A stretch of DNA of 64,000 nt, taken from Eledone cirrhosa (lineage: Eukaryota). Positions within the stretch are counted from its first letter, which is position 1. Every line of letters starts with the position of its first letter. Of the stretch, positions 40,290 to 53,519 are shown in pieces. Under the pieces are notes generated by a model. The model saw nothing but the letters and a program-made list of their open reading frames with translations. It did not search any database and was not told the origin of the DNA. The translations under genes and the position numbers were made by a program. The stretch lies in assembly GCA_964016885.1 (NCBI GenBank), contig OZ024741.1:73222001-73286000 (forward strand). Direction: 5' to 3'.

Positions 40290-40750
40290 ATAACAGATTA
40301 AAGTTTAAGCAAAGAATCGTTGCTTTCACCCTTAACGGGATCTTCTGAAACTAAAAACATCAATCTGTGAACGCAGAAGTAAATATTTCGAAAAACGTTG
40401 CAACCGAAGGAAAACAGGAAGACGATACTTTGGTTCATGAAGACGTTCCCTGGCAATGAACGGAAAATAGCGAACATAATACGTCATCGTCAGAATGTCG
40501 TAATGCAGGCAGCCAGGCATACAGACAGATATTATAAGAGCGCTACGGAGATGGATAACCGGCGCCTAACACCCCTTTAACAACAGAAAATTGAAAAATA
40601 AAAGCTGCAGTTAATATCTTTAGACCGCAAGGAATATATAAATGCAAGTTTGAAGTCAATCGGAGTAGAAATGTGGATTTGTATAGACTTTACAAAAATG
40701 AGGACACACATACACACGCAGACAACGACAGTTTAATATATATATAGATA
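40290..40750 (+). mobile_element. Second DINE-1-like non-autonomous element
   Basis: 3' aagtttgaagtcaatcgg...acacacatacacac...tttaatatatatatagat; 5' aacagattaaagtttaagcaaagaatcg also at 16877-16916. Confidence 0.55.
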
Positions 40751-40834
40751 TTGGGTGTGTTTACAGTATCAAATAGAGTACTCATCACAAATGTGTAGAA
40801 GAATATATATAATGTTGGATCTCCGTCGTCTCTG

Positions 40835-41135
40835 ACAACGAGTATATCAACTGTTCGAACAACGGAACTTCCTGACAGTGAAAGTAACATGCAAGTAGCT
40901 GAGCATTCCACACACATGTGTACCCTTAACGTAGTTTTCTGGAAGATTTAGAATGACACATTGTGTGACAAAGACGACTTTATGAATTACAGGTACAACT
41001 CATTCTTTTCCAGATGAATGGACTGGAGAAACGAGAATTATGTCTTGTTCAAGGACACAGCGCGCAGCCGGGAATTGAATTCATAACCGTATGATCGTGA
41101 GCCGAACAGCCTGACCACTATGCCATATGCTTTCA
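40835..41135 (-). mobile_element. tRNA-derived SINE family B with long tail
   Basis: tgtacccttaacgtag...tgtcttgttcaaggacaca...gaattgaattc (B box on minus). Confidence 0.75.
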
Positions 41136-41327
41136 CAATGTATATCATAGAGAAAATAGTAATAAATAAAGGGTCGTGGTGACTAGTAGCTTCTTGTCAT
41201 ACAGGAGAATCGTCTGAGCATATTTAAACATTTTGAAAATGAGAGGATTTGAAGTTGTGGAACGAAGCTATTTGTAATCACAACAAATTTGTAGTTCACT
41301 CTCTATCGTTATCTCTTTATATACAGA

Positions 41328-41460
41328 GGTGGCTTAGTGGTTCGGGTGTTGGGATGACGATGGTAAGGTTGTAAGTTAAATTCGCGAATCGGGCTCCGCG
41401 TTGTGTCCTTGAGCAGGACATTTTATTTCACGTTTCTCCAGTTCATTCAGTGACAAAAAC
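41328..41460 (+). mobile_element. SINE family B fragment
   Basis: gtggcttagtggtt...gttgtgtccttgagcaggacattttatttcacg. Confidence 0.75.
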
Positions 41461-41480
41461 TCAAGCAGGTAGTTCAATTT

Positions 41481-41663
41481 ATAATTGTTTCTACCTTTGG
41501 CACAAGGCCAGCAATTACCCAGTACATTACTGGTACTTTATTTTATCGACCCAGTGTGGATGAAAGACAAAGTTAACCTCGGCGGGATTTGAACTCAGAT
41601 CGTAAAGAGGCGTAACTTTGCTGGAAAGCATGTCCGACCCTCTACCGATACGGCCAATTCACC
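41481..41663 (-). mobile_element. SINE family A
   Basis: Reverse complement of the 31518-31708 family. Confidence 0.85.
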
Positions 41664-41681
41664 AATATATATATATATATG

Positions 41682-41728
<47 letters not shown>

Positions 41729-41771
41729 GTATATATATATACATATATATATGTATTCTCTTTTCTATTCT

Positions 41772-42005
41772 AAGGCGGGTAAAATTCCCGAGATCCATGG
41801 ACGAGTTCTCTCCAGCGGTCTCTGTCCCTCATTATCGCTGCCATGTCCTGCGTCTCCAACAGACCAGTGTCTGTCCTTAGGGCATCAACATACGTTAACT
41901 TTGGTCTTCCTCTTCTAGTGTGTCCATGTAGGGGCTCCCAAAGGAGCACTGAGTGCAATGTCAACTCTGGATGTCGGTGAGCATGTCCAGCTAACCTCAG
42001 TCTCC
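41772..42005 (-). mobile_element. RTE 3' end, same family as 20250-20735
   Basis: RLRLAGHAHRHPELTLHSVLLWEPLHG...SREFYPP, nearly identical. Confidence 0.9.
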
Positions 42006-42072
42006 CCTGTATATACATATATATATATATAAATGAAAGGTATAGAAATTGTTTTAGCGAGAAGCTAATAGT

Positions 42073-42195
<123 letters not shown>

Positions 42196-42234
42196 CGAAA
42201 TATTAAACAAGGACTATTATTTTAGTATTTAATA

Positions 42235-42305
42235 GATTTACAACCGTTTCGTTAGCCTAACAAGAATATTCCATTCCACTCCTGCAAGAATAACTCCTCA
42301 GAGTC
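42235..42305 (-). ncRNA. Type I HHR motif
   Basis: gact-CTGAGGA-gtta...taac-GAAA-CGGTTG-TA-aatc; one mismatch in stem I. Confidence 0.65.
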
Positions 42306-42393
42306 AATCAAATACAAATAAATAGTTTATACATACATGCATACACACACATATATATATATATACACCACACATATATACATATACATATAT

Positions 42394-42445
<52 letters not shown>

Positions 42446-42460
42446 GTGCGTGTGTGCGTG

Positions 42461-42518
<58 letters not shown>

Positions 42519-42904
42519 CATCCGTATGTGTATATGCGTGTGTGTGTCGTGTTATAGATTTATAGGTATATATCTATCTCTCTATTCGTCTTCAGCACAT
42601 CCCCACATATATACACATGCATACAGACACATTCGATCATTTCATTCTCTTTTTCGTTTTTCCTCTTTTCCTTCCCCCCCCCCCCCCGCACCCTCTCTCT
42701 CTTTATGCTTAATTCCATTTCTGTCTCTATCTCCTTACCACTATCTCTGTGTCTTTCCTCCTTTCTATTCCTTTTCTTCCGTCGCGCTTTTCTGTGTCCC
42801 CCCCCCCTCAGCCTTTATTTAATTTTCTTTCTTAAAATTGGATTTTCATGAAAGGTACAATTTATGTTCCTCCCCCCTCCACCTCCTCCTCCTTCTCATC
42901 ATCA

Positions 42905-42917
42905 TACTACTACTGCG

Positions 42918-42961
<44 letters not shown>

Positions 42962-43166
42962 AGCTGCTACTGCGACTACTACTACTATTACTACTATTGC
43001 TACTACAACTACTACTACTACTACTACTACAGGTGCTGCTGCGACTACTACTACTACTACTATTGCTACTACTACTACTACTACTACAGCTGTTACTGCG
43101 ACTACTACTACTACTACAGCTGCTACTGCGACTACTACTACTACTACTACTACTATTGCTACTACA

Positions 43167-43210
<44 letters not shown>

Positions 43211-43223
43211 AGCTGTTGCTGCG

Positions 43224-43273
<50 letters not shown>

Positions 43274-44175
43274 AACTACTACAACTACTACAGATGCTGC
43301 TGCGACTACTACTACTACCATCACTACCACAACCACCACCTCCACCACCACCATCATCACCACAACCACCACCACCACCACTACTAGTACTACTACTACA
43401 ACCACCACCTCCACCTCCACCACCACCACCACCACCACCACCACCACCACCACCATCACCACCACAACCACTACTAGTACTACTACCACAACCACCACAT
43501 CCACCCCAACCACCACCACCACCACCACCACCACCACTACTAGTACTACTACTACAACCACACCTCCACCACCACCACCACCACCTCCACCACCACCACA
43601 ACCACCACCTCCACCACCACCACCATAACCGCAACCACCACCACCACCACCACAACCACTACCACCACCACCACCACCACCTCCACCACCACCACCACCA
43701 CCACCACCACCACCACCACTACTAGTACTACTACTACAACCACCACCTCCACCACCACCACCACCACCACCACCACCACCACCATCACCACCACAACCAC
43801 TACTAGTACTACTACCACAACCACCACATCCACCCCAACCACCACCACCACCACCACCACTACTAGTACTACTACTACAACCACACCTCCACCACGACCA
43901 CAACCACCTCCACCACCACCACCACCATAACCGCAACCACCACCACCACCACAACCACTACCACCACCACCACCTCCACCACCACCACCACCACCACCAC
44001 CACCACCCCAACCACCACTACTAGTACTACTACTACAACCACACCTCCACCACCACCATAACCGCAACCACCACCACCACCACAACCACTACCACCACCA
44101 CCACCTCCACCACCACCACCACCATCACCACCACCACCACCACCACCACCACCACCACCACTAGTACTACTACGA
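42905..44175. repeat. (CTA)n grading into (CCA)n with higher-order units
   Basis: Recurrent landmarks gctgctactgcgact and ctactagtactactac. Confidence 0.92.
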
Positions 44176-44399
44176 CCAGCACCTTCATGCAGTGCCCTTG
44201 TGGCGAATAAATTATCGTCGTTGTTGCTGCAGTAACCTCCCCACCCCCTGTTATCTTCAGTGTTTCAATGTGTTGAACTGGTAAGGTGATTGTTAGCTTC
44301 TATTTCATTTACTTCATCTTATTGGTGCTAAACTGTTTTCAAGGGAGCAACACACATACACACATACACGCACACACATATACATACATACGTACATAT

Positions 44400-44431
<32 letters not shown>

Positions 44432-44570
44432 CATAAATAAATAAATATATATATTTATGTGTGTGTATATATATATATATGTGTGCGTATGCAAATGCAC
44501 ATATGCATGTATGTATGTTAGTGTGTGTGTCTTACTCACTTGAACACATATATGTATGCCTGTTTGTGTG

Positions 44571-44612
<42 letters not shown>

Positions 44613-44789
44613 AATATCCATACATTTATACGTATACATGCACATCGACATATATATACACGCATAAATATGCATGCGTTCGTTCGTACATACACATACA
44701 CGCACATATTTACAAATATATACACATGTACATACACAGATATTGATACAAACACTCAAAAAACATTACTCACACATTTACACATATAA

Positions 44790-44985
44790 ACACGCATTGT
44801 AATACCCACATACGTGTTAACACATACGCACACACACATTGTAATACCCGCATACGTGTTTACACATACGCACACACATTGTAGTACTCACATACGTGTT
44901 CACACATACGCACACACACACATTGTAATACCCACATACTTGTTCACACATACGCACAACATTGTAATACCCACACACGTATTCA
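44790..44985. repeat. ~40-bp tandem minisatellite, about 5 copies
   Basis: cattgtaatacccacatacgtgttcacacatacgcacaca units. Confidence 0.8.
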
Positions 44986-45125
44986 TAGATGCACACACAT
45001 ACACACACACACATACGCGTGCGCGCGACCACACACAATGTCGTCGGCAAGCAGTGGTTGGAAACGTAAATTGTAGGGGACAGAGTAAAAGGAATATTAG
45101 CAGAGATAAGGTGACTGGGGAAAGA

Positions 45126-47875
45126 GAGAGGAATAGGGAAGATAGGATAACAGAGGAAGGGGAGGGAATAGGGAAGATAGGATAACAGAGGAAGGGGAGG
45201 GAATAGGGAAGATAGGATAACAGAGGAAGGGGAGGGAATAGGGAAGATAGGATAACAGAGGAAGGGGAGGGAATAGGGAAGATAGGATAACAGGGGAGGG
45301 GCGGGAATAGGAAAGATAGGATAACAGAGGAAGGGGAGGGAATAGGGAAGATAGGATAACAGAGGAAGGGGAGGGAATAGGGAAGATAGGATAACAGAGG
45401 AAGGGGAGGGAATAGGGAAGATAGGATAACAGAGGAAGGGGAGGGAATAGGGAAGATAGGATAACAGAGGAAGGGGAGGGAATAGGAAAGATAGGATAAC
45501 AGAGGAAGGGGAGGGAATAGGAAAGATAGGATAACAGGGGAGGGGCGGGAATAAAGAAGATAAGATAACAGAGGAAGGGGAGGGAATAGGGAAGATAGGA
45601 TAACAGAGGAAGGGGCGGGAATAGGGAAGATAGGATAACAGAGGAAGGGGAGGGAATAGGAAAGATAGGATAACAGAGGAAGGGGCGGGAATAGGAAAGA
45701 TAGGATAACAGGGGAGGGGCGGGAATAGGAAAGATAGGATAACAGAGGAAGGGGAGGGAATAGGAAAGATAGGATAACAGGGGAGGGGCGGGAATAGGAA
45801 AGATAGGATAACAGAGGAAGGGGAGGGAATAGGAAAGATAGGATAACAGGGGAGGGGCGGGAATAGGAAAGATAGGATAACAGAGGAAGGGGAGGGAATA
45901 GGAAAGATAGGATAACAGGGGAGGGGCGGGAATAAAGAAGATAAGATAACAGAGGAAGGGGAGGGAATAGGGAAGATAGGATAACAGAGGAAGGGGAGGG
46001 AATAGGGAAGATAGGATAACAGAGGAAGGGGCGGGAATAGGGAAGATAGGATAACAGAGGAAGGGGCGGGAATAGGGAAGATAGGATAACAGAGGAAGGG
46101 GAGGGAATAGGGAAGATAGGATAACAGGGGAGGGGCGGGAATAGGAAAGATAGGATAACAGAGGAAGGGGAGGGAATAGGAAAGATAGGATAACAGGGGA
46201 GGGGCGGGAATAAAGAAGATAAGATAACAGAGGAAGGGGAGGGAATAGGGAAGATAGGATAACAGAGGAAGGGGAGGGAATAGGGAAGATAGGATAACAG
46301 AGGAAGGGGCGGGAATAGGGAAGATAGGATAACAGAGGAAGGGGAGGGAATAGGAAAGATAGGATAACAGAGGAAGGGGCGGGAATAGGGAAGATAGGAT
46401 AACAGAGGAAGGGGAGGGAATAGGGAAGATAGGATAACAGAGGAAGGGGCGGGAATAGGGAAGATAGGATAACAGAGGAAGGGGAGGGAATAGGGAAGAT
46501 AGGATAACAGGGGAGGGGCGGGAATAGGAAAGATAGGATAACAGAGGAAGGGGAGGGAATAGGAAAGATAGGATAACAGGGGAGGGGCGGGAATAAAGAA
46601 GATAAGATAACAGAGGAAGGGGAGGGAATAGGGAAGATAGGATAACAGAGGAAGGGGAGGGAATAGGGAAGATAGGATAACAGGGGAGGGGCGGGAATAG
46701 GAAAGATAGGATAACAGAGGAAGGGGAGGGAATAGGAAAGATAGGATAACAGAGGAAGGGGAGGGAATAGGGAAGATAGGATAACAGAGGAAGGGGAGGG
46801 AATAGGGAAGATAGGATAACAGAGGAAGGGGAGGGAATAGGGAAGATAGGATAACAGAGGAAGGGGAGGGAATAGGGAAGATAGGATAACAGAGGAAGGG
46901 GAGGGAATAGGAAAGATAGGATAACAGGGGAGGGGCGGGAATAAAGAAGATAAGATAACAGAGGAAGGGGAGGGAATAGGGAAGATAGGATAACAGAGGA
47001 AGGGGCGGGAATAGGGAAGATAGGATAACAGAGGAAGGGGAGGGAATAGGAAAGATAGGATAACAGAGGAAGGGGCGGGAATAGGGAAGATAGGATAACA
47101 GAGGAAGGGGAGGGAATAGGGAAGATAGGATAACAGAGGAAGGGGAGGGAATAGGGAAGATAGGATAACAGAGGAAGGGGAGGGAATAGGGAAGATAGGA
47201 TAACAGAGGAAGGGGAGGGAATAGGAAAGATAGGATAACAGAGGAAGGGGCGGGAATAGGGAAGATAGGATAACAGAGGAAGGGGCGGGAATAGGGAAGA
47301 TAGGATAACAGAGGAAGGGGAGGGAATAGGAAAGATAGGATAACAGAGGAAGGGGCGGGAATAGGGAAGATAGGATAACAGAGGAAGGGGAGGGAATAGG
47401 GAAGATAGGATAACAGAGGAAGGGGAGGGAATAGGGAAGATAGGATAACAGAGGAAGGGGCGGGAATAGGGAAGATAGGATAACAGAGGAAGGGGAGGGA
47501 ATAGGAAAGATAGGATAACAGAGGAAGGGGCGGGAATAGGGAAGATAGGATAACAGAGGAAGGGGAGGGAATAGGGAAGATAGGATAACAGAGGAAGGGG
47601 AGGGAATAGGGAAGATAGGATAACAGAGGAAGGGGCGGGAATAGGGAAGATAGGATAACAGAGGAAGGGGAGGGAATAGGGAAGATAGGATAACAGAGGA
47701 AGGGGCGGGAATAGGGAAGATAGGATAACAGAGGAAGGGGAGGGAATAGGGAAGATAGGATAACAGAGGAAGGGGAGGGAATAGGGAAGATAGGATAACA
47801 GAGGAAGGGGAGGGAATAGGGACGAAAGGATAAGAGAGAAAGGAATAGGGAAGATAGGATAACAGAGGGAGGGGA
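45126..47875. repeat. 35-bp purine-rich minisatellite array, roughly 78 units
   Basis: Unit cagaggaaggggagggaatagggaagataggataa with 34-bp and substitution variants. Confidence 0.97.
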
Positions 47876-47940
47876 AGGCTCAATCAGGAAGAAGAATCAG
47901 TAAAATAAACAGGGCCGGGGATGATTTCTGGAGGGGGGGG

Positions 47941-50462
47941 AGTTTAAGGGGGTTTCGGGGGGTTTAGGGGGTTATGGTATAGGGGGTACGGGTTTAGGGG
48001 GTTCGGGTTTAGGAGGTTCGTGTTTAGGGGGTTCGGATTTAAGTGGTTTGGGTTTAGGGGGTTCGATTTCGGGTTAAGGAAGTTCGGGTTTGGGAAGTTC
48101 GGGTTCAGGGGGTTTGGGTTTAAGGGGTTCGGGTTTAGGGGGTTCGGGTTTAAGGGGTTCGGGTTTAGGGGGATTAGGGGTGTTTACAGAAAGTTTGGTG
48201 GGTAGAGTTACTTTTGAGGTGGCGGGATTACGGGGGTTAAGGGAGATTCAGATGGGTTGAGGAAGGTTTCCGAGGATAAGAACTGATTTAGGGGGTTTCG
48301 GGAGATTTTGGGAAAATGCTGGCTGAATTGAATGTAAGTAATGTCTATACCTCTCTATAACTATTGAGGGCTATTTACGAACGACTTCACTAAAAACCCT
48401 TAAAATATTTAGGTGGTTTAGGAGTTTTCGGTGGTTTAGGGGCTTTCGGAGATTTTCGGGGGTTTAAGCGGGTTCGAGGATTTTTTTTGGGGGGGGGGAG
48501 GTGGTTTGGGGTTTTAGGGGTTTCGGAGGTTTAGGCGGTTTAGGAGGTTTCGGAAGTTTAGTTTCTTTCGGAGGTCAAGGGCGGTTTCGGGGATTTCGAG
48601 GGTTTAGGCGGTTTCGCGGGTTTCGGAGTGCAGGGGAGTTTAGGGGTTTCGGGTATTAGGTGGTTTCGAGAGTATAAGTGGTTTCAAGATTAGGGCGGTT
48701 TCTGGGATCTACGTGGTTCAGGCGTTTTCGGGGGTTTAGATAATTTTGGGTGTTTAGCGGTTTCGGGTGTTTTCGGAAGGGTAGGCGATTTCGGGATTTA
48801 GGGGATTCAGGCGGTTTCGGGGATTTAGGGGGTTTACGGTGATTTCAGGGGTTTAAGTGTTTCAGTCCGTTTCCAGGTAATTACGTGGTTCGGGCGGTTT
48901 CGGGGGTTTGGGGGGGTGCGATTTCGAGTGTATATGGCATTTTCCGGGATTTCGGAGATTTAAGCGCTTCGTGAGGTTTAGGCGAAAACCCACCCTGAAC
49001 CACCTAAGCTCCTGAAACCGCCTAAACCTTCTAAAGTACCGAAACCGCCTAAAGCGTCAAAACCTTTTAAAATCGGAAACCCACTAAACCCCCGAAACAG
49101 CCTTAACACCCAAAATACCAGAAACCCCCGAATCCCCCCCAAAATTCCATTAACCCCCGAAATCACCTAAACACCCTGAAACCGCCTAAAGACCCGAAAC
49201 CTCCAAAACCATCTAAATCCCCGAAACCGCCTAAAACTCTCTAAATACCCCAACACGCCCCAAACTCTCGAAACCGCCTAAACCCACCAAATCGCTTAAA
49301 TTCTCGAAACCCCGAAAATGCCCTATATCCGCGTAATCGATCTAAACCCTCTAACCATCGAAAATTCCTTAAATCCTCGAAACCATCTCAAGCCCCGAAA
49401 CCGCCTAAACATTCAAGACCCCCAATCCCGCGAAACTGCTTAAACACCCGAAATTCCTAAACCACCGAATCCGCCCTAAAACCCCTAATTTACCTTAAAC
49501 CCTCGAAACAAATGAAGCCCTGAAACCACCATAAACCCCCATAAAGTCCCAAAACCGCCTAAACCGTCGAACACTTTTAAACTACCAAAACCCCCGAAAC
49601 ACTCGAAACACCCGAAACCGCCTAAAACCCCGAAACCGCCTATACCCCTCTGAAACCGGCCTAAACTCCTTATTCCGTTCTAATCCCTCGAAACAAACAG
49701 AAACCCCGAAACCTCCTTTTAACCCCTGAAACCACCATAATCCCCATAAATCCCCGAAACCGCCTAAACTCCCGAAACCCCCGAAACCGCACTAAACCCC
49801 CTAAACTCCGAAAACCGCCTAAACTTCCGAAACCCCCTTAACACCCGAAACTGCCTAAATCCCCGAAATCCGTGAAATGCCTAAACCGGGAAACCTAAAT
49901 CCACGAAACCGCCTAAAACACCTAAAACCCCCAAACAGGCCTATTCTCTTAAACTGCCTAAACCCCCGAAACCCTCTAAACTTCCTAAACTCCCGAAAGC
50001 TTTTAAAGCCAAGAAACCGCCCTAAATCTCGAAACACCCGAAACCAGCTAAATCACTGAACCACCCTAAACTGCCCTAATCCGCCGAAACACCCGAAACT
50101 GCATAAACCCCCGATATTCCCTAAACTTCCTAAACCCTTGAAACTCCCTAAACCCCCGAAAACGCCTAAACACACGAAACCACCTAAATCTCCGAAATCC
50201 CCTAACCTTCATAATCCCTAAACCTCCCTAAACCTCCTGAATCCTAGAAACCGTACTCATCCTTCTAAACCTCCCAAACCCCCGAAACCCCTGAAACCCA
50301 TGAAATCTCCCAAACCCCCGAAATCTCTGAAACCCCGAAATCTTCCAAACGCCGGAACCCCTGAAACCCACGAAATCTCCCAACCCCCAAAACAACAGAA
50401 ACCCCTGAAATCGCCCTAATACCCGAAACCGCCTAAACATCCCAAATCCCCGTAAAACCCTC
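47941..50462. repeat. Degenerate telomere-like repeat block with strand switch near 48984
   Basis: GGTTTAGGG/GGTTTCGGG-type units on plus to ~48984, then CCCTAAACC/CCCGAAACC-type units to ~50462. Confidence 0.85.
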
Positions 50463-50626
50463 AAAATCTGTAAAACATTTTTACAATTCAAAAGCTCAAC
50501 GCTTACACAAGAGACGATAACAATCTCCTTTTTACAACCTTGTCACCGGCAAGGTGGCTGGTCAAAAATAGACTCGAAATTAAAAGAAAAAGAAGACATA
50601 CATATATACATATATACATATATACA
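50463..50626 (+). mobile_element. Short 3' end of an R4-like RLE element with (CATA)n tail
   Basis: KICKTFLQFK plus a 3' UTR similar to 53011-53125. Confidence 0.75.
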
Positions 50627-51082
50627 TGGTGGCTGCCAACTCGTTTTCGAGTACGGCCACTACTTTACATCCATGTAGGAGAACCCCTACCGATGCGTTG
50701 AACGAGTGTGACATTTTAGTCCAGCCAGCGACTTGAAAACTCTGGTACAAACACTACACTTGTGACAATAGTATTGGCACATAGTACTGGGCCCATGGTA
50801 CCATGTGACGACAAGTGCAGAGAGATCTCCAGATATAAAGCAATGCCTGCGCCGTGAAGCTTTTATAGTGAGCGAAGGCACTGCACAAAGCCAGTCCCAC
50901 TCTCTTAACCAAGATGATATTTACCAAAAAGAAGAACAAGTCAACATCAAAGGGCAAAGGAGCTCTTAAGAGTCAATGGCCATCTAAAATCACCGGGAGA
51001 GATGACCCCTTAGCCTTTGTCAAGGAGAAGGAAAACTCTGATATAACACCTGCAACCCTGATGGTATCCAATGATGTTGACA
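50625..51082 (-). mobile_element. Internally deleted RTE-like non-autonomous element; related pieces at 51858-52146
   Basis: Minus strand ends in a C2H2-like CSVCTRVFKSLAGLKCHTRSTH* then an (ATGT)n tail; internal blocks shared with 51937-52050 and (inverted) 52068-52146. Confidence 0.6.
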
Positions 51083-51589
51083 TATATACATACATATATA
51101 CATACATACATATATTTCCAAAAAGCGAATGAAACCTAATGGGGTCGAAATATAATTTTGGTATGTTTATGTACATTTTTTCTTCTAACTTTGATTTTGT
51201 ACCTAATTGTGTATAGTTGGCTATATGTCTAATCAGTTTCCACGGGCTATTAGAAATACTAGGTAAATCTTCTGCGGCTGTTGATCGCGGATAAAATAGC
51301 TATCATTTATGTATCTATTGTTTCTTCAGAGGTACATTTTAAACTAATAGCCTCGTTTAATTGATTTTTTTGTGTGGTTAATTATGCTGATTGGGAGGAG
51401 AAATACTGTATATATTTTATCAAATGATTCTATGGACTTACTTTCTTATATATTGCTCTGATTGTTGATTATTTGATTAATTAATTCGTCATTGAGCCAC
51501 ACCGTGAATATTTGCCACAAACACATAAATATATCTATGGCTCTGTCTAGTTTATGTATATGTAAACCTATATATTTTATATATATATA

Positions 51590-51628
<39 letters not shown>

Positions 51629-52146
51629 CCAGGGAGTGTAACTTGGAGTTACTGTAGGTTCACCCGGGTTTCACTATATATATATATATTATATATATAT
51701 ATATACATACATATATACATACATACATATATACATATATACATACATACATATATACATACATATATACATACATGTATACATACATATAAACATGCAT
51801 ATATACATACATACATAATACACATATACATACATACATATATATATATATACATACATGATGGCTGCCCGCTCGTTACCGAGTATGGCCATTGCACGAT
51901 ATACCATTATTAATAATTATTAATTAATTCTATCGTGCAATGCTTGTGCGTGAAGATATTTTTTAAAGTGAGGAAAGACTGTGCACTGAGCCAATCCCAC
52001 TCTCTGAGCGACAGTAGTTATAACCCGAAAAGAAGAAAAGATCAACATCATCGGTAACTACTGAGCCGCAGGTTTTATATCGGAGATATCCCACTTTCCT
52101 GAGTTGCCTTCTCCTAGAAGAATGCCTTGACAAAGGCTAGGGTCCT

Positions 52147-53145
52147 TTATGAGCATGAAGAAAAAAATATCATTAGGATAGCCACTGATCTGGAGGAGAG
52201 ATATGGAATAAAGGCTGATATAAATCTCTCACCCAGAGAAATCGGAAGATCCTATTCAATGTTCAAACAAGATGAAGAAATTGACCAATTTACAGAAAAA
52301 GTTGTGTATGGATACTTGAGACGTAAAACACAGACCACTCAAAAAAGCCTGACATGGAGTTCCGACAAGTTTATGACATCACACCTTGAGGGATATCTCT
52401 ATGCAATACAGGAACAAGAATTCCCTACCAAATATCTGCTGCACAAAAGAGGAGGGCCATCAGCTGACAATAAATGCAGGCTATGTAAAACAAAGATCGA
52501 AGATGTAAGCCACATTGTTGCCAGCTGCGAAAGAATGTCATCTCGCTACTACCTCCCCATGAGACACGATGGGATAGCTAAAACCATCTGGAACGCACTT
52601 CAGAATACAAAATTAATAGCAAACGAGGAAGAATATATTGAGACAGATAGCACTAAGGAATACTGGTGGAACCTGAAAATAAAAACTGCCACCAAATTAA
52701 AGCACAACCGGCCTGATATTGTTGTTTGAGACCACACATTGAAAACGTGTTCTGTTGTGGAGATCAGCTGCCCACTTGTGTAAACGTTGTAAGAAAAATA
52801 CAGGAGTAGGAGGACATCTACGGACCATTGATGAGGAGTTTACAAATCCAGTATCCAATATACACCTTTAGCTTCATAGCCATCATTATTGGAGCTATGG
52901 GTTATATACCAACCCGCTTGGACCAATGTATAACTGAACTTCGATTTGCGGACAAAGAGCGCAGCTCCCTAATTCAAGGTCTACAAATGGCTGCGATAGC
53001 TGGCAACTTCAAAATTTGCAAAACATTCTTGCGATTCAAGGGATGACAATTTCTTTTCTTTTACAACCTTGCCACCAGGAAGGTGGCCGGTCAAAAATAT
53101 ACTCGAAATTAAGAGAAAGAGAGAACATATATACATATATACATA
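52147..53145 (+). mobile_element. R4/Dong-like RLE retrotransposon 3' portion
   Basis: EGYLYAIQEQ, CRLCKTKIEDVSHIVASC (CCHC), RHD, HNRPDIVV*, VVEISCP (PD-D/ExK RLE), IIIGAMG, KICKTFL; (CATA)-like tail. Confidence 0.9.
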
Positions 53146-53404
53146 TTGTTGTTGGAATATTCCATGTCTCACTGTGGCCAGTGGTTCTAGCTCAAGTGAG
53201 GAATCATTGGTTTAATTTTCGGCTCAGTTTGAAGACTCACAACAGATATGAAACTATTGTCCATGGTGAGATATTGAAATATTTCCACTATAGTTAACGC
53301 GTATTGAGTTCCGTCTTCCTTACAAGACGTATTACTAAATACAATCTGACCATTGTTTCTTTCTCTCACATATGCACATATACAAGCACACATACGCGCG
53401 TGCA

Positions 53405-53516
<112 letters not shown>

Positions 53517-53519
53517 AGG

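Noticed and set aside
42838-44085. Mucin-, extensin- or Gly-rich ORFs
   Set aside because: (CTA)n/(CCA)n repeats open in nearly all frames.
45126-47875. CRISPR-like array (35-bp repeats)
   Set aside because: Units are contiguous with no unique spacers; no cas genes; eukaryotic context.
45097-47883. 928-aa Pro/Leu/Ser-rich ORF
   Set aside because: It is the pyrimidine strand of the 35-bp minisatellite, which rarely generates stop codons; no domain and no real start.
50687-50790. C2H2 zinc-finger gene exon
   Set aside because: Single finger followed by a short UTR and (ATGT)n tail, within a repeat that has a relative at 51858; better explained as a retroelement C-terminus.
52100-52146. HDV-like ribozyme in RTE-like 5' block
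   Set aside because: A gcctt/aaggc hairpin followed by TA is suggestive, but I could not build the nested double pseudoknot by eye.
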